From Planctomycetota bacterium (GTDB lineage: Bacteria; Planctomycetota; SZUA-567; H5-PLA8), in contig JBBRPR010000007.1 of the NCBI GenBank assembly GCA_038227875.1, forward strand, positions 1 to 64,000: a DNA stretch of 64,000 nt, written 5' to 3'. Positions 17,648-27,621 of the stretch are shown one piece after another. Position 1 is the stretch's first letter. Each line of letters opens with the position of its first letter. Position numbers and translations under genes: made by a program. Under the pieces are notes generated by a model. That model ran no database searches. It was not told the origin of the DNA and saw only the letters and a list, made by a program, of their open reading frames with translations.

Positions 17648-19195
17648 ATGAGCCTGAGCCCCGATCTTAAAAACTTTGAACGTCTTGCGGCGCAGAATCC
17701 CGGGATGCTGATCCCGGTGACTCGCCAGTTCCTCGCCGATGGCCTGACACCGCTGGCGGCTTTCCGGCGCATGCCGGCGAGTCCGTATGCGTTTCTGCTG
17801 GAATCGGTGGAGCGCGGCGAGCGCATCGGCCGCTACAGTTTCGTCGGTAGCGCGCCAGATCTGATTTTCCGCGGCGAAGCGCTGCCGAAGCCGCGCTACA
17901 CGCTGGAGACGTCCGACGGCAAACGCACCGAACACGATGGCGATCCGCTCGTGGCGCTGGAACAATTTCTGCAGAAGCACAAAGCCATCGCCAATTCCGG
18001 CGCACCGATTCCGCCCTTCTGCGGCGGCGCGGTTGGATATCTGGGTTACGACGTCGTCCGACTGATCGAACCTCGACTGGCGGCGCACCCGCCGGCCAAG
18101 GCAGGAATCGAAGGCATTCCCGATCTGCTCGTTCCCGTGTACCGCACCGTCCTGGCGTTTGACCACGTGCTGAATACCGCGACGGTGGTGCACTACGCCG
18201 ATCCGTCGCAGGGCGCTCGCGCGGCGCATCAGAACGCCGAGAAGGCCATCGAAACCGTCGTCAACAGCCTGCGCGCGCCAAGCAGCGAGCCGCTCGACGA
18301 AATCGTCACACCCAACGAAGGGGTCGCGGAAGCGGCGGTGACGTCCAACATGACGCCCGACGCGTATATGAAGTCGGTCGAGAAAGCGAAGGAGTATATC
18401 GGCGCGGGCGACATCACGCAGGTTGTCCCGTCGCAGCGCTTCTCGCGCTCCACGAAAGCATCGCCGTTTGAAGTGTACCGGAGCCTGCGCGCGATCAATC
18501 CGTCGCCGTACATGTTCTACCTGCACTTCGGACCGCTGCATCTGGTCGGCAGTTCGCCGGAAGTGCTGGTGCGCGTGCACGACGGGGGGATCATCGTCCG
18601 TCCGATCGCAGGAACGCGACGGCGCGGCAAGACGCCAGAAGAAGATGCGGCGCTGGCCAAGGAACTTCTCGCCGATCCCAAGGAACTGGCCGAGCACACG
18701 ATGTTGCTGGACTTGGGCCGCAACGATGTCGGCCGCGTCGCGGAATTCGGCAGCGTCAACGTGACCGAGCAGATGATCATTGAAAATTACTCGCACGTGA
18801 TGCATATCGTCTCGAACGTGCGCGGAACGATGCGCAAAGATTCGAATGTGTTCGAAGTGCTGCGCTCCTGCATTCCCGCCGGTACGCTATCGGGCTCGCC
18901 GAAGATCCGCGCGATGGAGATCATCGACGAGATCGAACCGGATCGCCGCGGACCTTATGGCGGCGCGGTGGGCGTGATGGATTTTCACGGCAACCTGAAC
19001 ACTGCGATCGTCATCCGCACGTTCATCATGAAGGACCGCGGCGACGGCACGTACGACGCGCATGTTCAAGCCGGTGCGGGAGTGGTCGCGGACTCGGTGC
19101 CCAAGGTTGAGTACGAAGAGACGGTGAGCAAGGCCAAGGCGCTGTTGCGAGCGCTGAGCATGGCCGAGGCACGCCTCGACAAGTCCAAGGCGTGA
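17648..19195 (+). CDS. trpE: Anthranilate synthase component I
   Basis: LLESVE, GRYSF, NPSPYMFY, GSSPE, PIAGTR, AEHTMLLDLGRND, GTLSGSPKIRAMEII, QAGAGVVADS. Confidence 0.95.
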   Translation: MSLSPDLKNFERLAAQNPGMLIPVTRQFLADGLTPLAAFRRMPASPYAFLLESVERGERIGRYSFVGSAPDLIFRGEALPKPRYTLETSDGKRTEHDGDPLVALEQFLQKHKAIANSGAPIPPFCGGAVGYLGYDVVRLIEPRLAAHPPAKAGIEGIPDLLVPVYRTVLAFDHVLNTATVVHYADPSQGARAAHQNAEKAIETVVNSLRAPSSEPLDEIVTPNEGVAEAAVTSNMTPDAYMKSVEKAKEYIGAGDITQVVPSQRFSRSTKASPFEVYRSLRAINPSPYMFYLHFGPLHLVGSSPEVLVRVHDGGIIVRPIAGTRRRGKTPEEDAALAKELLADPKELAEHTMLLDLGRNDVGRVAEFGSVNVTEQMIIENYSHVMHIVSNVRGTMRKDSNVFEVLRSCIPAGTLSGSPKIRAMEIIDEIEPDRRGPYGGAVGVMDFHGNLNTAIVIRTFIMKDRGDGTYDAHVQAGAGVVADSVPKVEYEETVSKAKALLRALSMAEARLDKSKA

Positions 19196-19966
19196 TCAGG
19201 GGATGATGTTGTTGTGCGCCGGGTCGTAACGCGGCGCAAGCTTGCTCATGGCCGGAGTGGCTCGCGAGCCGTCGCAGTCTTCCAGATCGGCGCCCAAGCC
19301 GATGCGGATGAGATTCCGTCCGCCTTGCGAGGCGCGCAGCACCTCGAGAGCGTTGAGCGATGTGCCGTCGGGCTTGCGTGCGTGAAAATGGTTCAGCGCG
19401 AGTGTGGCGCTGTCGTCGAGTTCCCACGCCCCGAGTTCCAATGCGGCCGCGATGATCGCACCGGCGCCGTAGGCGTCGTCGGTGCCTTGCGTGCCTTCGG
19501 TGCCAGCTCCAACCAAAACGGCATCGGTGCCTGAGTCTTGAATCGCCTGGGCAATGGCGCGGGCGTTAAGCAGCGAGCCGACCCAGATCGATGTGGCGCC
19601 TTCGCGAGCACAGCCTCGCAACGCTTCAGTACCGTTGGTGGTCGTGAAGACGATCGTCTTTCCGTGAACGGCATCACGCGAGTATTCGCGGGGCGAATTG
19701 CCGAAATCGAAGCCCTCCAGACGTACGCCGTGGCGTTCGCCGCCCAGCGCGAAGGAACCGGCGGGGAGTTTCGCGGCGTGTGCGCGGGCCTCATCTGGCG
19801 TGGCAGCGAGCACGATTTCGCGCGCGCCGTTGGCCAGTGCGGTGACCATGGTGCTGCTGGCGCGGAGGATATCGAGCACAACGGCGGCGCGGCCGGTCAC
19901 GGGCGGTTTTGCGCCGACGATGTTTTCCTTGCGGAAGATCACGGAAAGAGTGCGAACGTTGGTCAT
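19196..19966 (-). CDS. comB: 2-phosphosulfolactate phosphatase family protein
   Basis: VVLDILRASST, GGERHG, FDFGNSP, TTTNGT. Confidence 0.9.
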   Translation of the reverse strand: MTNVRTLSVIFRKENIVGAKPPVTGRAAVVLDILRASSTMVTALANGAREIVLAATPDEARAHAAKLPAGSFALGGERHGVRLEGFDFGNSPREYSRDAVHGKTIVFTTTNGTEALRGCAREGATSIWVGSLLNARAIAQAIQDSGTDAVLVGAGTEGTQGTDDAYGAGAIIAAALELGAWELDDSATLALNHFHARKPDGTSLNALEVLRASQGGRNLIRIGLGADLEDCDGSRATPAMSKLAPRYDPAHNNIIP

Positions 19967-20128
19967 TAGTCCTCATCTGGCGGCAAGTCGCCGTTTGAAC
20001 TTGCGCGCGACATGTTTCCACGCAAAATACCGATGATACTGATCAGCGCAGCGTGTGCAAATTGTGGTACAGGAGTCGAAGCCTGTACGGTCGTCGAATA
20101 AATTCGGCTCCGTTGCGTCAATTCGAAA

Positions 20129-20154
20129 GGAGTATGGACTGCTGTCCATACTCC
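20129..20154. repeat. Palindrome with core TATGGACTnnWGTCCATA (copy 1)
   Basis: GGAGTATGGAC-tgct-GTCCATACTCC; same core at 43708-43725. Confidence 0.6.
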
Positions 20155-20179
20155 CCACTGAGTACTGAAAGGAATTTCA

Positions 20180-20995
20180 ATGAAAGCGATGTCGTGCCTG
20201 AAGGTGGTCGCAGCTCTGGGGCTGCTGTTCGCGGCGGCGAGCATGCGCGCCGAAGATACGTTGGAGAAAGTGAAAAAGGCTGGTGTGCTGAAATGGGGCG
20301 CAGATCCCAGCGGAGGCGCGCCGTACGTGTTCTTCGATCCGAAGGATCCGGACAAGATCATCGGCTTTGAAGTCGACATCATGGACAAGCTCGCCGAGCA
20401 TCTTGGCGTGAAGCACGAGATCGTGAAGAGCGACTGGGCGGCACTGCTCGACAATATGAAGTCCAAGCGCACCGACCTGGTGATGAATGGCGTCGAAATC
20501 AACGAGGACCGCAAGAAGGTCGTCGCGTTCACGGAACCGTACTACGTCTATGAACAGCAGTTGACCGTCCGCGTCGGCGACAAGGATAAGTTTAAGTCGC
20601 TGGAAGATCTGAAGGGGCACAAGATCGGGACGCTCAACGCCGCAGAAGCGAACAACGTGGTCAAGCGCGCAGGTTTCGCCGATGACGATATTCTCCAGCA
20701 CGACGATTCTCTGACACCGTACACGGACCTGGAACTGAAGCGCTGCGATGGCGTGGTTCAGGAGTCGATCATCGCTTCGTTTTACGCGGGCAAGAATGCA
20801 AAGTTGTTTAACGTTGAGAAGACCTTCAGCCCCGGCAAGTACGCCGTCGCTGTGCGCAAAGAGGACGCGACGCTGCTGGCGGAAGTCGACAAGAATCTGA
20901 AGTTGATGAAAGAGAATGGCGAACTGGCTGCGATCTACAAGAAGTGGGCGATCTGGACTGATGCGCAGAAGTCGATTGGCGTCGGCGAAAAGTAA
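20180..20995 (+). CDS. Polar amino-acid ABC transporter substrate-binding protein
   Basis: Signal peptide; IGFEVDI, FTEPYY, ENGELAAIYKKW. Confidence 0.92.
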   Translation: MKAMSCLKVVAALGLLFAAASMRAEDTLEKVKKAGVLKWGADPSGGAPYVFFDPKDPDKIIGFEVDIMDKLAEHLGVKHEIVKSDWAALLDNMKSKRTDLVMNGVEINEDRKKVVAFTEPYYVYEQQLTVRVGDKDKFKSLEDLKGHKIGTLNAAEANNVVKRAGFADDDILQHDDSLTPYTDLELKRCDGVVQESIIASFYAGKNAKLFNVEKTFSPGKYAVAVRKEDATLLAEVDKNLKLMKENGELAAIYKKWAIWTDAQKSIGVGEK

Positions 20996-21100
20996 GGGAG
21001 ACGTACGACGGACGCATCATCCCAGACTCCCGGCATCCCTGCCCCGCCCTCCCCGCAGGCCGGCGAAGCCGTTGCGCCTGTGCCTGGCGCGGGGACGGGC

Positions 21101-21871
21101 ATGACATTTGTCCGGCTGCTGACGCTGATCCTGACGGTGGCGCTTGGACTGGTGCTGTTTTTCTGGCCGAAAGACTGGCTGCCGGAAATGCATATCCCGA
21201 AGCTGCTCTACGCGGCGCGCTACACGCTGTACCTCACGGCGCTGAGCATGCCGCTGGCGGTGATTTTCGGACTGTTCCTGGCGCTGATGCGCTCGTCGCG
21301 GTTTCTGTTTCTTTCGATTCCGGCCTCAATCTATGTCGAAGTCGTACGCGGCACGCCGCTGCTGGTGCAACTGTATCTCGTCTACTATTCGCTGCCGCAG
21401 ATCGGGCAGTATTTCGATACGGACAAACTGACGCTCGATAATTTTTTCGTCGGAGTGATCTGCCTGGCCGGAAATTACGCGGCGTACGAATCGGAAATTC
21501 ACCGCGCCGGATTGCAAGCCATCGACAAGGGCCAGCGCGAAGCCGCACTCTCGATCGGCATGAGCGAACGGCAGTCGTTCTTCCGCGTGGTGCTGCCGCA
21601 GGCATTTCGGATCATCGTGCCGCCGATCATCAACGACCTGATCGCCATGTTGAAGGACACGTGTCTGGTCAGTGTAATCAGTGTGAGTGAACTGCTGAAC
21701 GTGGCGACGGGTATCGGCAAAACCACCGGCACGGTTGCGCAGATGTTGATCGCGGCGGCGATCATTTACCTGATCCTCTCGCTAATCTGCTATGTCTTCG
21801 GCAAATGGGTCGAGAGCAAACTGAAAGTCGCCGGCGCGGCGGAGATTCAGGTCGACCAGGTCCGGCATTAG
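21101..21871 (+). CDS. Polar amino-acid ABC transporter permease (start may be further upstream)
   Basis: YVEVVRGTPLLVQL, AAYESEIHRAG, GQREAA, VVLPQAFR, LKDT. Confidence 0.93.
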   Translation: MTFVRLLTLILTVALGLVLFFWPKDWLPEMHIPKLLYAARYTLYLTALSMPLAVIFGLFLALMRSSRFLFLSIPASIYVEVVRGTPLLVQLYLVYYSLPQIGQYFDTDKLTLDNFFVGVICLAGNYAAYESEIHRAGLQAIDKGQREAALSIGMSERQSFFRVVLPQAFRIIVPPIINDLIAMLKDTCLVSVISVSELLNVATGIGKTTGTVAQMLIAAAIIYLILSLICYVFGKWVESKLKVAGAAEIQVDQVRH

Positions 21872-21885
21872 TATCACAAATCACT

Positions 21886-24800
21886 CTAATTGGATTTAAA
21901 TTCAAGAGCGATCTGATCGCCGTTTGAAGTAATATTTTTTACATTCAAATCCGGAAAGATTTCTTTCAATTTCGTTCCGCACTTTCGATACAATTCGCCG
22001 GACATGAACACCGAGCTGGGACGCGCGAGCGACTTTAACGACTCGGGATTCTCAAGGAATGTCGACGAGGGCAACAGTTCCACCTTCTGACATTTAGGCA
22101 CAAAATATTCAACCCACATTTTCCAACTCTTCTTGCCAAACCAGAAATATGGATACTGCTCGTCCATTACAATATAGAATGAATATTCCGGGGCTGAATG
22201 CTGTGACCGCGCGTAGCGGACCGTCGACCCCACGACGTCTCCCTGCGCCACGCCGCGATGGACATACGAGGCGTAAATAATTCCATTCCAAATGCAAATG
22301 GACGCCACCATCGCAAACAAAAGACCGATACGAATTCGCCGCGTTGGCCGCGCGATCAACAGCGACGTCATTTTCCATATAAAGGCCCGTCCACCGTCCA
22401 GGGCCAGTACAATCGCAATCGGCAGAAGAAACAAGTAGCGTGAATAGCATGGATTTTTCGTGAGCAAGAATGTAAGCGGAATCCAGATCACGCCAAGTGC
22501 GCTCAGGGCGAGGATATCGCGCGCGGTTCTTTTCCGTTTGCACCAGATCTGAACGATGCCAATCCACAACAATATTCCCGTGAGCGGATCGACAAAACCG
22601 TAGCCAATATTGCTATAGATATTTCCGTGGTCGGAAAGATTGTTATTGAACATCGTCAGGCCTTTGCCGGCGTTTCGGGCAAAGGCCAATTTTGTATCCG
22701 TGGTTCCTTCCCATTCACGCAACAATTGTTGGCCTTCAGGAAACACGATGATTTGACTTCGCGGATAGTCCATGATTGCGGGAGGCGCTTTGTACGTGGC
22801 GACCGCCATCGGCGCGGAAGCCACTGCAAATCCAAGCGTCGCAACGGCAGCTGCTTTGAACGCTCGAATAAAGCATTGGGTTGTTCGCTCCATTACAAAC
22901 TGTCCGGCAATAAATCCAAACCAGAGCGCGAGAATGATGCGCGCCGAAAAGTAATTGTAGACGCCCAGCCCCGCCACGATTCCGCCCAGCAGCATGAGCC
23001 CGGAATGCCTCCGCCGCCATGCAGAAATAAACAGCGAAAGTGCAATCAGTTCGAAAAGCAGGGGAAGATTGTCGCGCAAAACCATACGGCTGAGACCCAG
23101 CAGCACGTGGCTTGCACCCAGCATTCCCGCGCCAAGAAATGCAATCTTTCGCTCGAAGAACTGCCGAAAGAAGACGAATCCCGCCACCACTGCACAGACG
23201 CCAAAAAAGGCGCTGACTTGTCGAGCATGCTCCAAGGTAATGCCGCCCAGCGCACGGCTCAGAACGCCGATGAGCATGAAACTGCCATTGGGAAATCCGT
23301 AATATCCAAGATCGACTCCAAACCAGTCTCCACGATCATTGAGGATTCTATTCATCGCGTGGAGAATGTTCATTTCGTCGGTATTGATCTGCACGGGATA
23401 GTCGTAAAGGCGGAACAAATACGGCGGAAAGAAGACGAGTGCGAGCACCAACGCGATCAGGGCGTCTCGACGCGTAAATCGCGAGGTACGTACAATACAA
23501 GGGGACGCATTGAGCGGCCGCAATCCCGCATAAAGAAGGACCATGGTCAGAAGCCACGCGCCAACCATTGTCAGTCCCGGACCAAAATGTGCATAAGTAT
23601 GGAGGAAATACCCTGTCGGAATGAGCGCAAACGCACAGAGCGCGTAGCGTTCAGTAGCGAATGAGGAAAGAATCCGGCCGACTCTCCCACCAGTATTAAC
23701 GCCCGCCACGGATTCTGAAATGGTTTTGGAGTTGAACTTCCAGAGCAAACATCCGATGAGCAGAATTAAAGTTCCCATGCCTGAAGTTGCAAATGGAAGG
23801 AGGGCGCTCTTCGCGGGTTCGAAATCAGCGATGAAAGATTGCGTCAAAACCCAGCCAACTACGGCCAATCCAATACAGGCGCGTTGAACTCGATTGACAC
23901 TTAAATTCCAAAGTGCAACGAATACGGGAATCATCAAAAGTTCGAGAGTTAGTGCATGCGGGCTAACGGTGAGTGGCACTGCCAGCACAAAGGGAACGCA
24001 CGCCGCAAAAGAGAGCACGCTTCCCCTTGGCTGCGCACCGACCTGCGATTTCCGGTCGGCAACAAGCGTGCTCAGAAGCAACACCGCCAACCCGACGATG
24101 GCTTCGCGTCGTGGCAGAGGTGCATATGGAATAATTCCGGGACCCGCGGAATGCCCTAGCAAATGCACGGCGCCGAGCACGCTGGCGTTGTCCGGGCCTG
24201 CAAAGTAAAAATCCGGCGAGTCCAGGTGACTGATTACGAACGCATGCCACAGTGAAGGCGAGAATGCGTAGACCAATCCAAGGCCCGCAATCGCGCCAAT
24301 GGCCACACGAAAGCGAGCCAGGCAGAGCGCGGGAATCAAAAGGATGAGGCAAAACGGATTCAGTCCGGTCGCCAAAGCCAACGCAGCGCCTGCTAGTAGG
24401 TCGAGATTCGCGCGGGCGCGCGGTGAGGTCTCGTCAGCTTCCGGCTTCTGGGAGGCATTCATCAGAAATAGCGCTGCGGCAACCAGCATCAGGACAAAGC
24501 AGTCGATGCTTCCCGCGTAGAAAACGTGAAACAGTGGCGCGCTGAGCGCGGCCATCGCCGCGGCGAGCGCGAAGAGCTTGCGTCGATCATGGAATTCCGG
24601 CAATGACACGCCCAGGGCGGTGAATGACAACCAACCTGCTCCGAGCAATGCGGCGACGCTTAAGGCTTCGAAAATTCCGAGCGCGATCGACTTCGGCAGC
24701 ATGGTTAGCGAAGCGTTGCCGAGAATGGCGACCGGGGTGAAATGGTTGTCCGGGACGTTGTACGCGAATTCTCGGTTGCTTGAGGCTTCGTAGAGCGTCG

Positions 24801-24939
24801 CGTACTCCGTGAATCGGTGCTCGGAATCGGCAATCGACAGTGGACCCTGAACGTGGAACGACGCGACGACGAGCGTCAGCAGCAGGCCCGCCTGCAGCAC
24901 CAGCCCAAGAATGAGCGGCGCTGCGCTCCGGTTCTTCAT
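21886..24939 (-). CDS. Large GT-C membrane protein: GT87-like N-domain fused to an ArnT/PMT-like domain
   Basis: Start MKNRSAAP at ATGA overlap with the upstream stop; very many TM segments; INTDE and YNYFSAR motifs in the second half. Confidence 0.75.
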   Translation of the reverse strand: MKNRSAAPLILGLVLQAGLLLTLVVASFHVQGPLSIADSEHRFTEYATLYEASSNREFAYNVPDNHFTPVAILGNASLTMLPKSIALGIFEALSVAALLGAGWLSFTALGVSLPEFHDRRKLFALAAAMAALSAPLFHVFYAGSIDCFVLMLVAAALFLMNASQKPEADETSPRARANLDLLAGAALALATGLNPFCLILLIPALCLARFRVAIGAIAGLGLVYAFSPSLWHAFVISHLDSPDFYFAGPDNASVLGAVHLLGHSAGPGIIPYAPLPRREAIVGLAVLLLSTLVADRKSQVGAQPRGSVLSFAACVPFVLAVPLTVSPHALTLELLMIPVFVALWNLSVNRVQRACIGLAVVGWVLTQSFIADFEPAKSALLPFATSGMGTLILLIGCLLWKFNSKTISESVAGVNTGGRVGRILSSFATERYALCAFALIPTGYFLHTYAHFGPGLTMVGAWLLTMVLLYAGLRPLNASPCIVRTSRFTRRDALIALVLALVFFPPYLFRLYDYPVQINTDEMNILHAMNRILNDRGDWFGVDLGYYGFPNGSFMLIGVLSRALGGITLEHARQVSAFFGVCAVVAGFVFFRQFFERKIAFLGAGMLGASHVLLGLSRMVLRDNLPLLFELIALSLFISAWRRRHSGLMLLGGIVAGLGVYNYFSARIILALWFGFIAGQFVMERTTQCFIRAFKAAAVATLGFAVASAPMAVATYKAPPAIMDYPRSQIIVFPEGQQLLREWEGTTDTKLAFARNAGKGLTMFNNNLSDHGNIYSNIGYGFVDPLTGILLWIGIVQIWCKRKRTARDILALSALGVIWIPLTFLLTKNPCYSRYLFLLPIAIVLALDGGRAFIWKMTSLLIARPTRRIRIGLLFAMVASICIWNGIIYASYVHRGVAQGDVVGSTVRYARSQHSAPEYSFYIVMDEQYPYFWFGKKSWKMWVEYFVPKCQKVELLPSSTFLENPESLKSLARPSSVFMSGELYRKCGTKLKEIFPDLNVKNITSNGDQIALEFKSN

Positions 24940-26345
24940 TTTTTGCGGCCCGCAAAGGCGTTGGCTTTGCCGGGGTGAAAGTATGTCAGTTCCGGTTCTC
25001 CCGTCAGCGCCCAGTTCACCCACTCCACGCCCTGCATTAATGAATGATCCTGATTGGAAACTTCGTATTTCCACCCGCCGAAGCGCCCGCGGCTGGAGAT
25101 GCCGCGCTTTTCCAGTTCCGCGTGCACCGTCGCGAGGATCGTGTCGCGTTCCAGCGACGGTGTGGGATAGCCGTGGCCGACGCGGATCGTCCATTGGCTG
25201 ATGATTTTGGAGCAATCATCGATCAACCGCGTGCTGCGCAAACCGGCGATCACGTCTTGTTGAAGCGAGGCCTGATCGACAGGCTTGAACGGCGATTCGG
25301 AGACCTCGGCCATCAGCGACCAGTGCTTCTTCGGGTCGGGAACATTGCCGGGCGAGTAATTCGAGAAGACAGTGACGCGGTAGAACGGGCAATCGTTTTC
25401 AGGAAAATACATCCAGCACTTCTTCTGCAGCGCCTCGGGCGGACGGCCTTCCAAGCCGACGCCCATGATGTTTGATGTCGAAAATTTCAGACGGTGCGCC
25501 GCCGCACAGATCTCTGCGGGAAAGCTGTCGATAACGTCGGTCAGCAGGTCCAGCGGCATCGTATTCAGCAATCTCTCGTAGCGGATTTCCGTTCCAGCTT
25601 TGAGCGTCACGCATTTCTGAACGGCATCGATGGACTGCACGGCACTGTTGAGCCGGATGGAGTCGCGTCCGACCAGATCCGCGACGCGTTCCCAGATCGC
25701 TCCGGTGCCTCCATTCTTGGGAAACTGAAACGTATTGTTTGGTCCCCAGGAGACATCGTCGGTTTCGAAGAGAATATTCTTGAGCACGCGCTCGAGATCG
25801 GTCACGGCGACGCGTTCGCCGATCCAGTTGTACGAGAGTTGCTCCAATGGAAAGGCCCAGACTTTGAAGTTATAGGGCTCCATGAAAACGCGCGAGAGCC
25901 CCTCCCCGAACGTGGCGTGAATCCACTCCTTAAAGTTTGCAGGCAGAGTTTTCGTGGGCGATTTGTAGAGCGCGATGAGACCTTGCAGGCATTCCCAAAG
26001 TTCTTCTTTCGGCAAACGACGGATATTGTTCTGAAACGGATACGGGAGGAATCGTTCGCGCATCCATACCCAGGATTCGCGCTCGTGATGAAGCCAGCCA
26101 TCGGCGCCCAGCGCCCGGGTCATCAACTCGTCGAAATATGTGTAGTGCGAGAACTGGACGTGCCCGCCGACGTCCCACAAGAACCCCTGCTCGTCTTGGA
26201 ACGTGGACGCCAACCCACCAACGTGCGGCGAGGCCTCCACGATGAGGACATCGCTGACGCCCAGTTCCTTGAGACGGTAAGCCGCGCCCAATCCAGTGGG
26301 GCCGGCGCCGATGATCAGGAATTTGACGTGATCAGGATACGGCAT
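24936..26345 (-). CDS. FAD-dependent UDP-galactopyranose mutase, eukaryotic type
   Basis: GAGPTGLGAA, DVGGHVQFSHY, YPFQNNI, PYNFKVWA, WIGERVA, WGPNNTFQFP, YFPENDCPFYR, GYPTP, SRGRFGGWKYEVSNQDHS match fungal/trypanosomatid UGM motifs as I recall them. Confidence 0.8.
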   Translation of the reverse strand: MPYPDHVKFLIIGAGPTGLGAAYRLKELGVSDVLIVEASPHVGGLASTFQDEQGFLWDVGGHVQFSHYTYFDELMTRALGADGWLHHERESWVWMRERFLPYPFQNNIRRLPKEELWECLQGLIALYKSPTKTLPANFKEWIHATFGEGLSRVFMEPYNFKVWAFPLEQLSYNWIGERVAVTDLERVLKNILFETDDVSWGPNNTFQFPKNGGTGAIWERVADLVGRDSIRLNSAVQSIDAVQKCVTLKAGTEIRYERLLNTMPLDLLTDVIDSFPAEICAAAHRLKFSTSNIMGVGLEGRPPEALQKKCWMYFPENDCPFYRVTVFSNYSPGNVPDPKKHWSLMAEVSESPFKPVDQASLQQDVIAGLRSTRLIDDCSKIISQWTIRVGHGYPTPSLERDTILATVHAELEKRGISSRGRFGGWKYEVSNQDHSLMQGVEWVNWALTGEPELTYFHPGKANAFAGRKK

Positions 26346-27078
26346 AGCGCGTGCGGAGACCCTTGAGCTGCGTGCCGTGTCCCACCAGCGACAACCGGAA
26401 ACGCAACAGTTCGTAAGCGCTGCGGAAACAGACTTTAATTAATCGCCATTTCACGATGCTAACCGTTCCCGTTTTGCGCTCCACATGTGAAATGGGAATC
26501 TCCTGCAGGTCCGCTCCGGCTTTGGACGCCAGGACGCTAAGCATAATGTTCGGCGTGAAAATTCCCGGTGGAATCAGCGGCAGCAATTCGCGCAGGTAAT
26601 CTGCGCGCATCAGACGAAACGGAATATTCGAATCGCGGAGCCAGCAGAAGAAGAACAGAAAATTCAGGACTCTGACAATACGCGTGATGAGCAGCCGCGC
26701 GAACGCATCGTGACGGACTTTGCGGTAGCCAATGATGAACGGTGAACTGTCGCGGCGCTCCCAAAGTTTCGGAAAGTCGACCGGTAGAAATTGATCATCG
26801 CTGTCGGTTTGAAAAATGTAGGGCTCGCCGGTCTGTAGCGCTTCCTGGTAGCCTCGCATTACCGCCGCGCCGTGGCCGGCATTTTTCTGATGAATCACTT
26901 TTAGCCGCGGTTCACGCAATGCGACAGCGTCGAGAATTTTTCCCGTGTCGTCTTTTGAGCCGTCGTTCACCACAATCAGCACGCCGGGAACTGTATCGAA
27001 GACGGTGAGCCACGATTGGACAACGCTTTCGATGCAGCCGGATTCATTATAAGCCGGCATCACGATCGCTAAGCTCAT
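26332..27078 (-). CDS. GT2 glycosyltransferase (polyprenyl-phosphate sugar synthase/DPM1-like)
   Basis: VMPAYNE, VNDGSKDDT, NAGHGAA, TDSDDQF, DSNIPFRL. Confidence 0.9.
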   Translation of the reverse strand: MSLAIVMPAYNESGCIESVVQSWLTVFDTVPGVLIVVNDGSKDDTGKILDAVALREPRLKVIHQKNAGHGAAVMRGYQEALQTGEPYIFQTDSDDQFLPVDFPKLWERRDSSPFIIGYRKVRHDAFARLLITRIVRVLNFLFFFCWLRDSNIPFRLMRADYLRELLPLIPPGIFTPNIMLSVLASKAGADLQEIPISHVERKTGTVSIVKWRLIKVCFRSAYELLRFRLSLVGHGTQLKGLRTRYAVS

Positions 27079-27228
27079 TACTCATCTCCGTTTATGGACC
27101 CGTGAAGTGTAGTGGTTTTCAGGCGATTCGTACAGACAGCGATCTTTCTTGAGGGCCAGGCGACGGCATGAATTGTATGTCGCGATCCGTGAAAAAATAT
27201 ACAATCGCTCGCGTGGAGGGATTCGACC

Positions 27229-27495
27229 ATGCCGCAGTACCAAATCATTTTCATGACCAATTCATTCTATCTCGGCGTGACCGCCGCAACAGACGCGCAG
27301 TGGCTGCAGAATCTGATCGACCTCGGTGCTCTGGTGAAGACCGACATCCAGGTCACAGCAGGCCGCAATCAGACCCAACCGTACGCGGCTGTGTATTGGA
27401 TCGACGAAGTTCGGGCGAAAGGACACTTGGAATTGCCACAGCGTCCGCACGTTCCCGAACAGTACAGTGTTAACCTCAAGCCCAACCTCAACTAA
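27229..27495 (+). CDS. Hypothetical protein
   Basis: SD GGAGG; coding-like codon usage. Confidence 0.6.
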   Translation: MPQYQIIFMTNSFYLGVTAATDAQWLQNLIDLGALVKTDIQVTAGRNQTQPYAAVYWIDEVRAKGHLELPQRPHVPEQYSVNLKPNLN

Positions 27496-27621
27496 GTCTT
27501 TTCGCAGACGCCGCTCCGCCGGCCAACTCAGCGCACACGTGCTTCATTTCGTTGAGATTTTTTTGCCTAATTGTACCCGCCTCCATCACTAAGTTCAGAA
27601 AACACATGGAGGTCTTTCGTG

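Noticed and set aside
19196..19966. Coenzyme M biosynthesis from comB plus the ComC-like Ldh_2 gene
   Set aside because: The genes are about 15 kb apart, no comA/D/E is present, and orphan comB is common in bacteria.
24940..25215. N-terminal extension of the 1109 aa GT-C ORF
   Set aside because: It overlaps the mutase gene in another frame; the ATGA coupling at 24939 is the better start.
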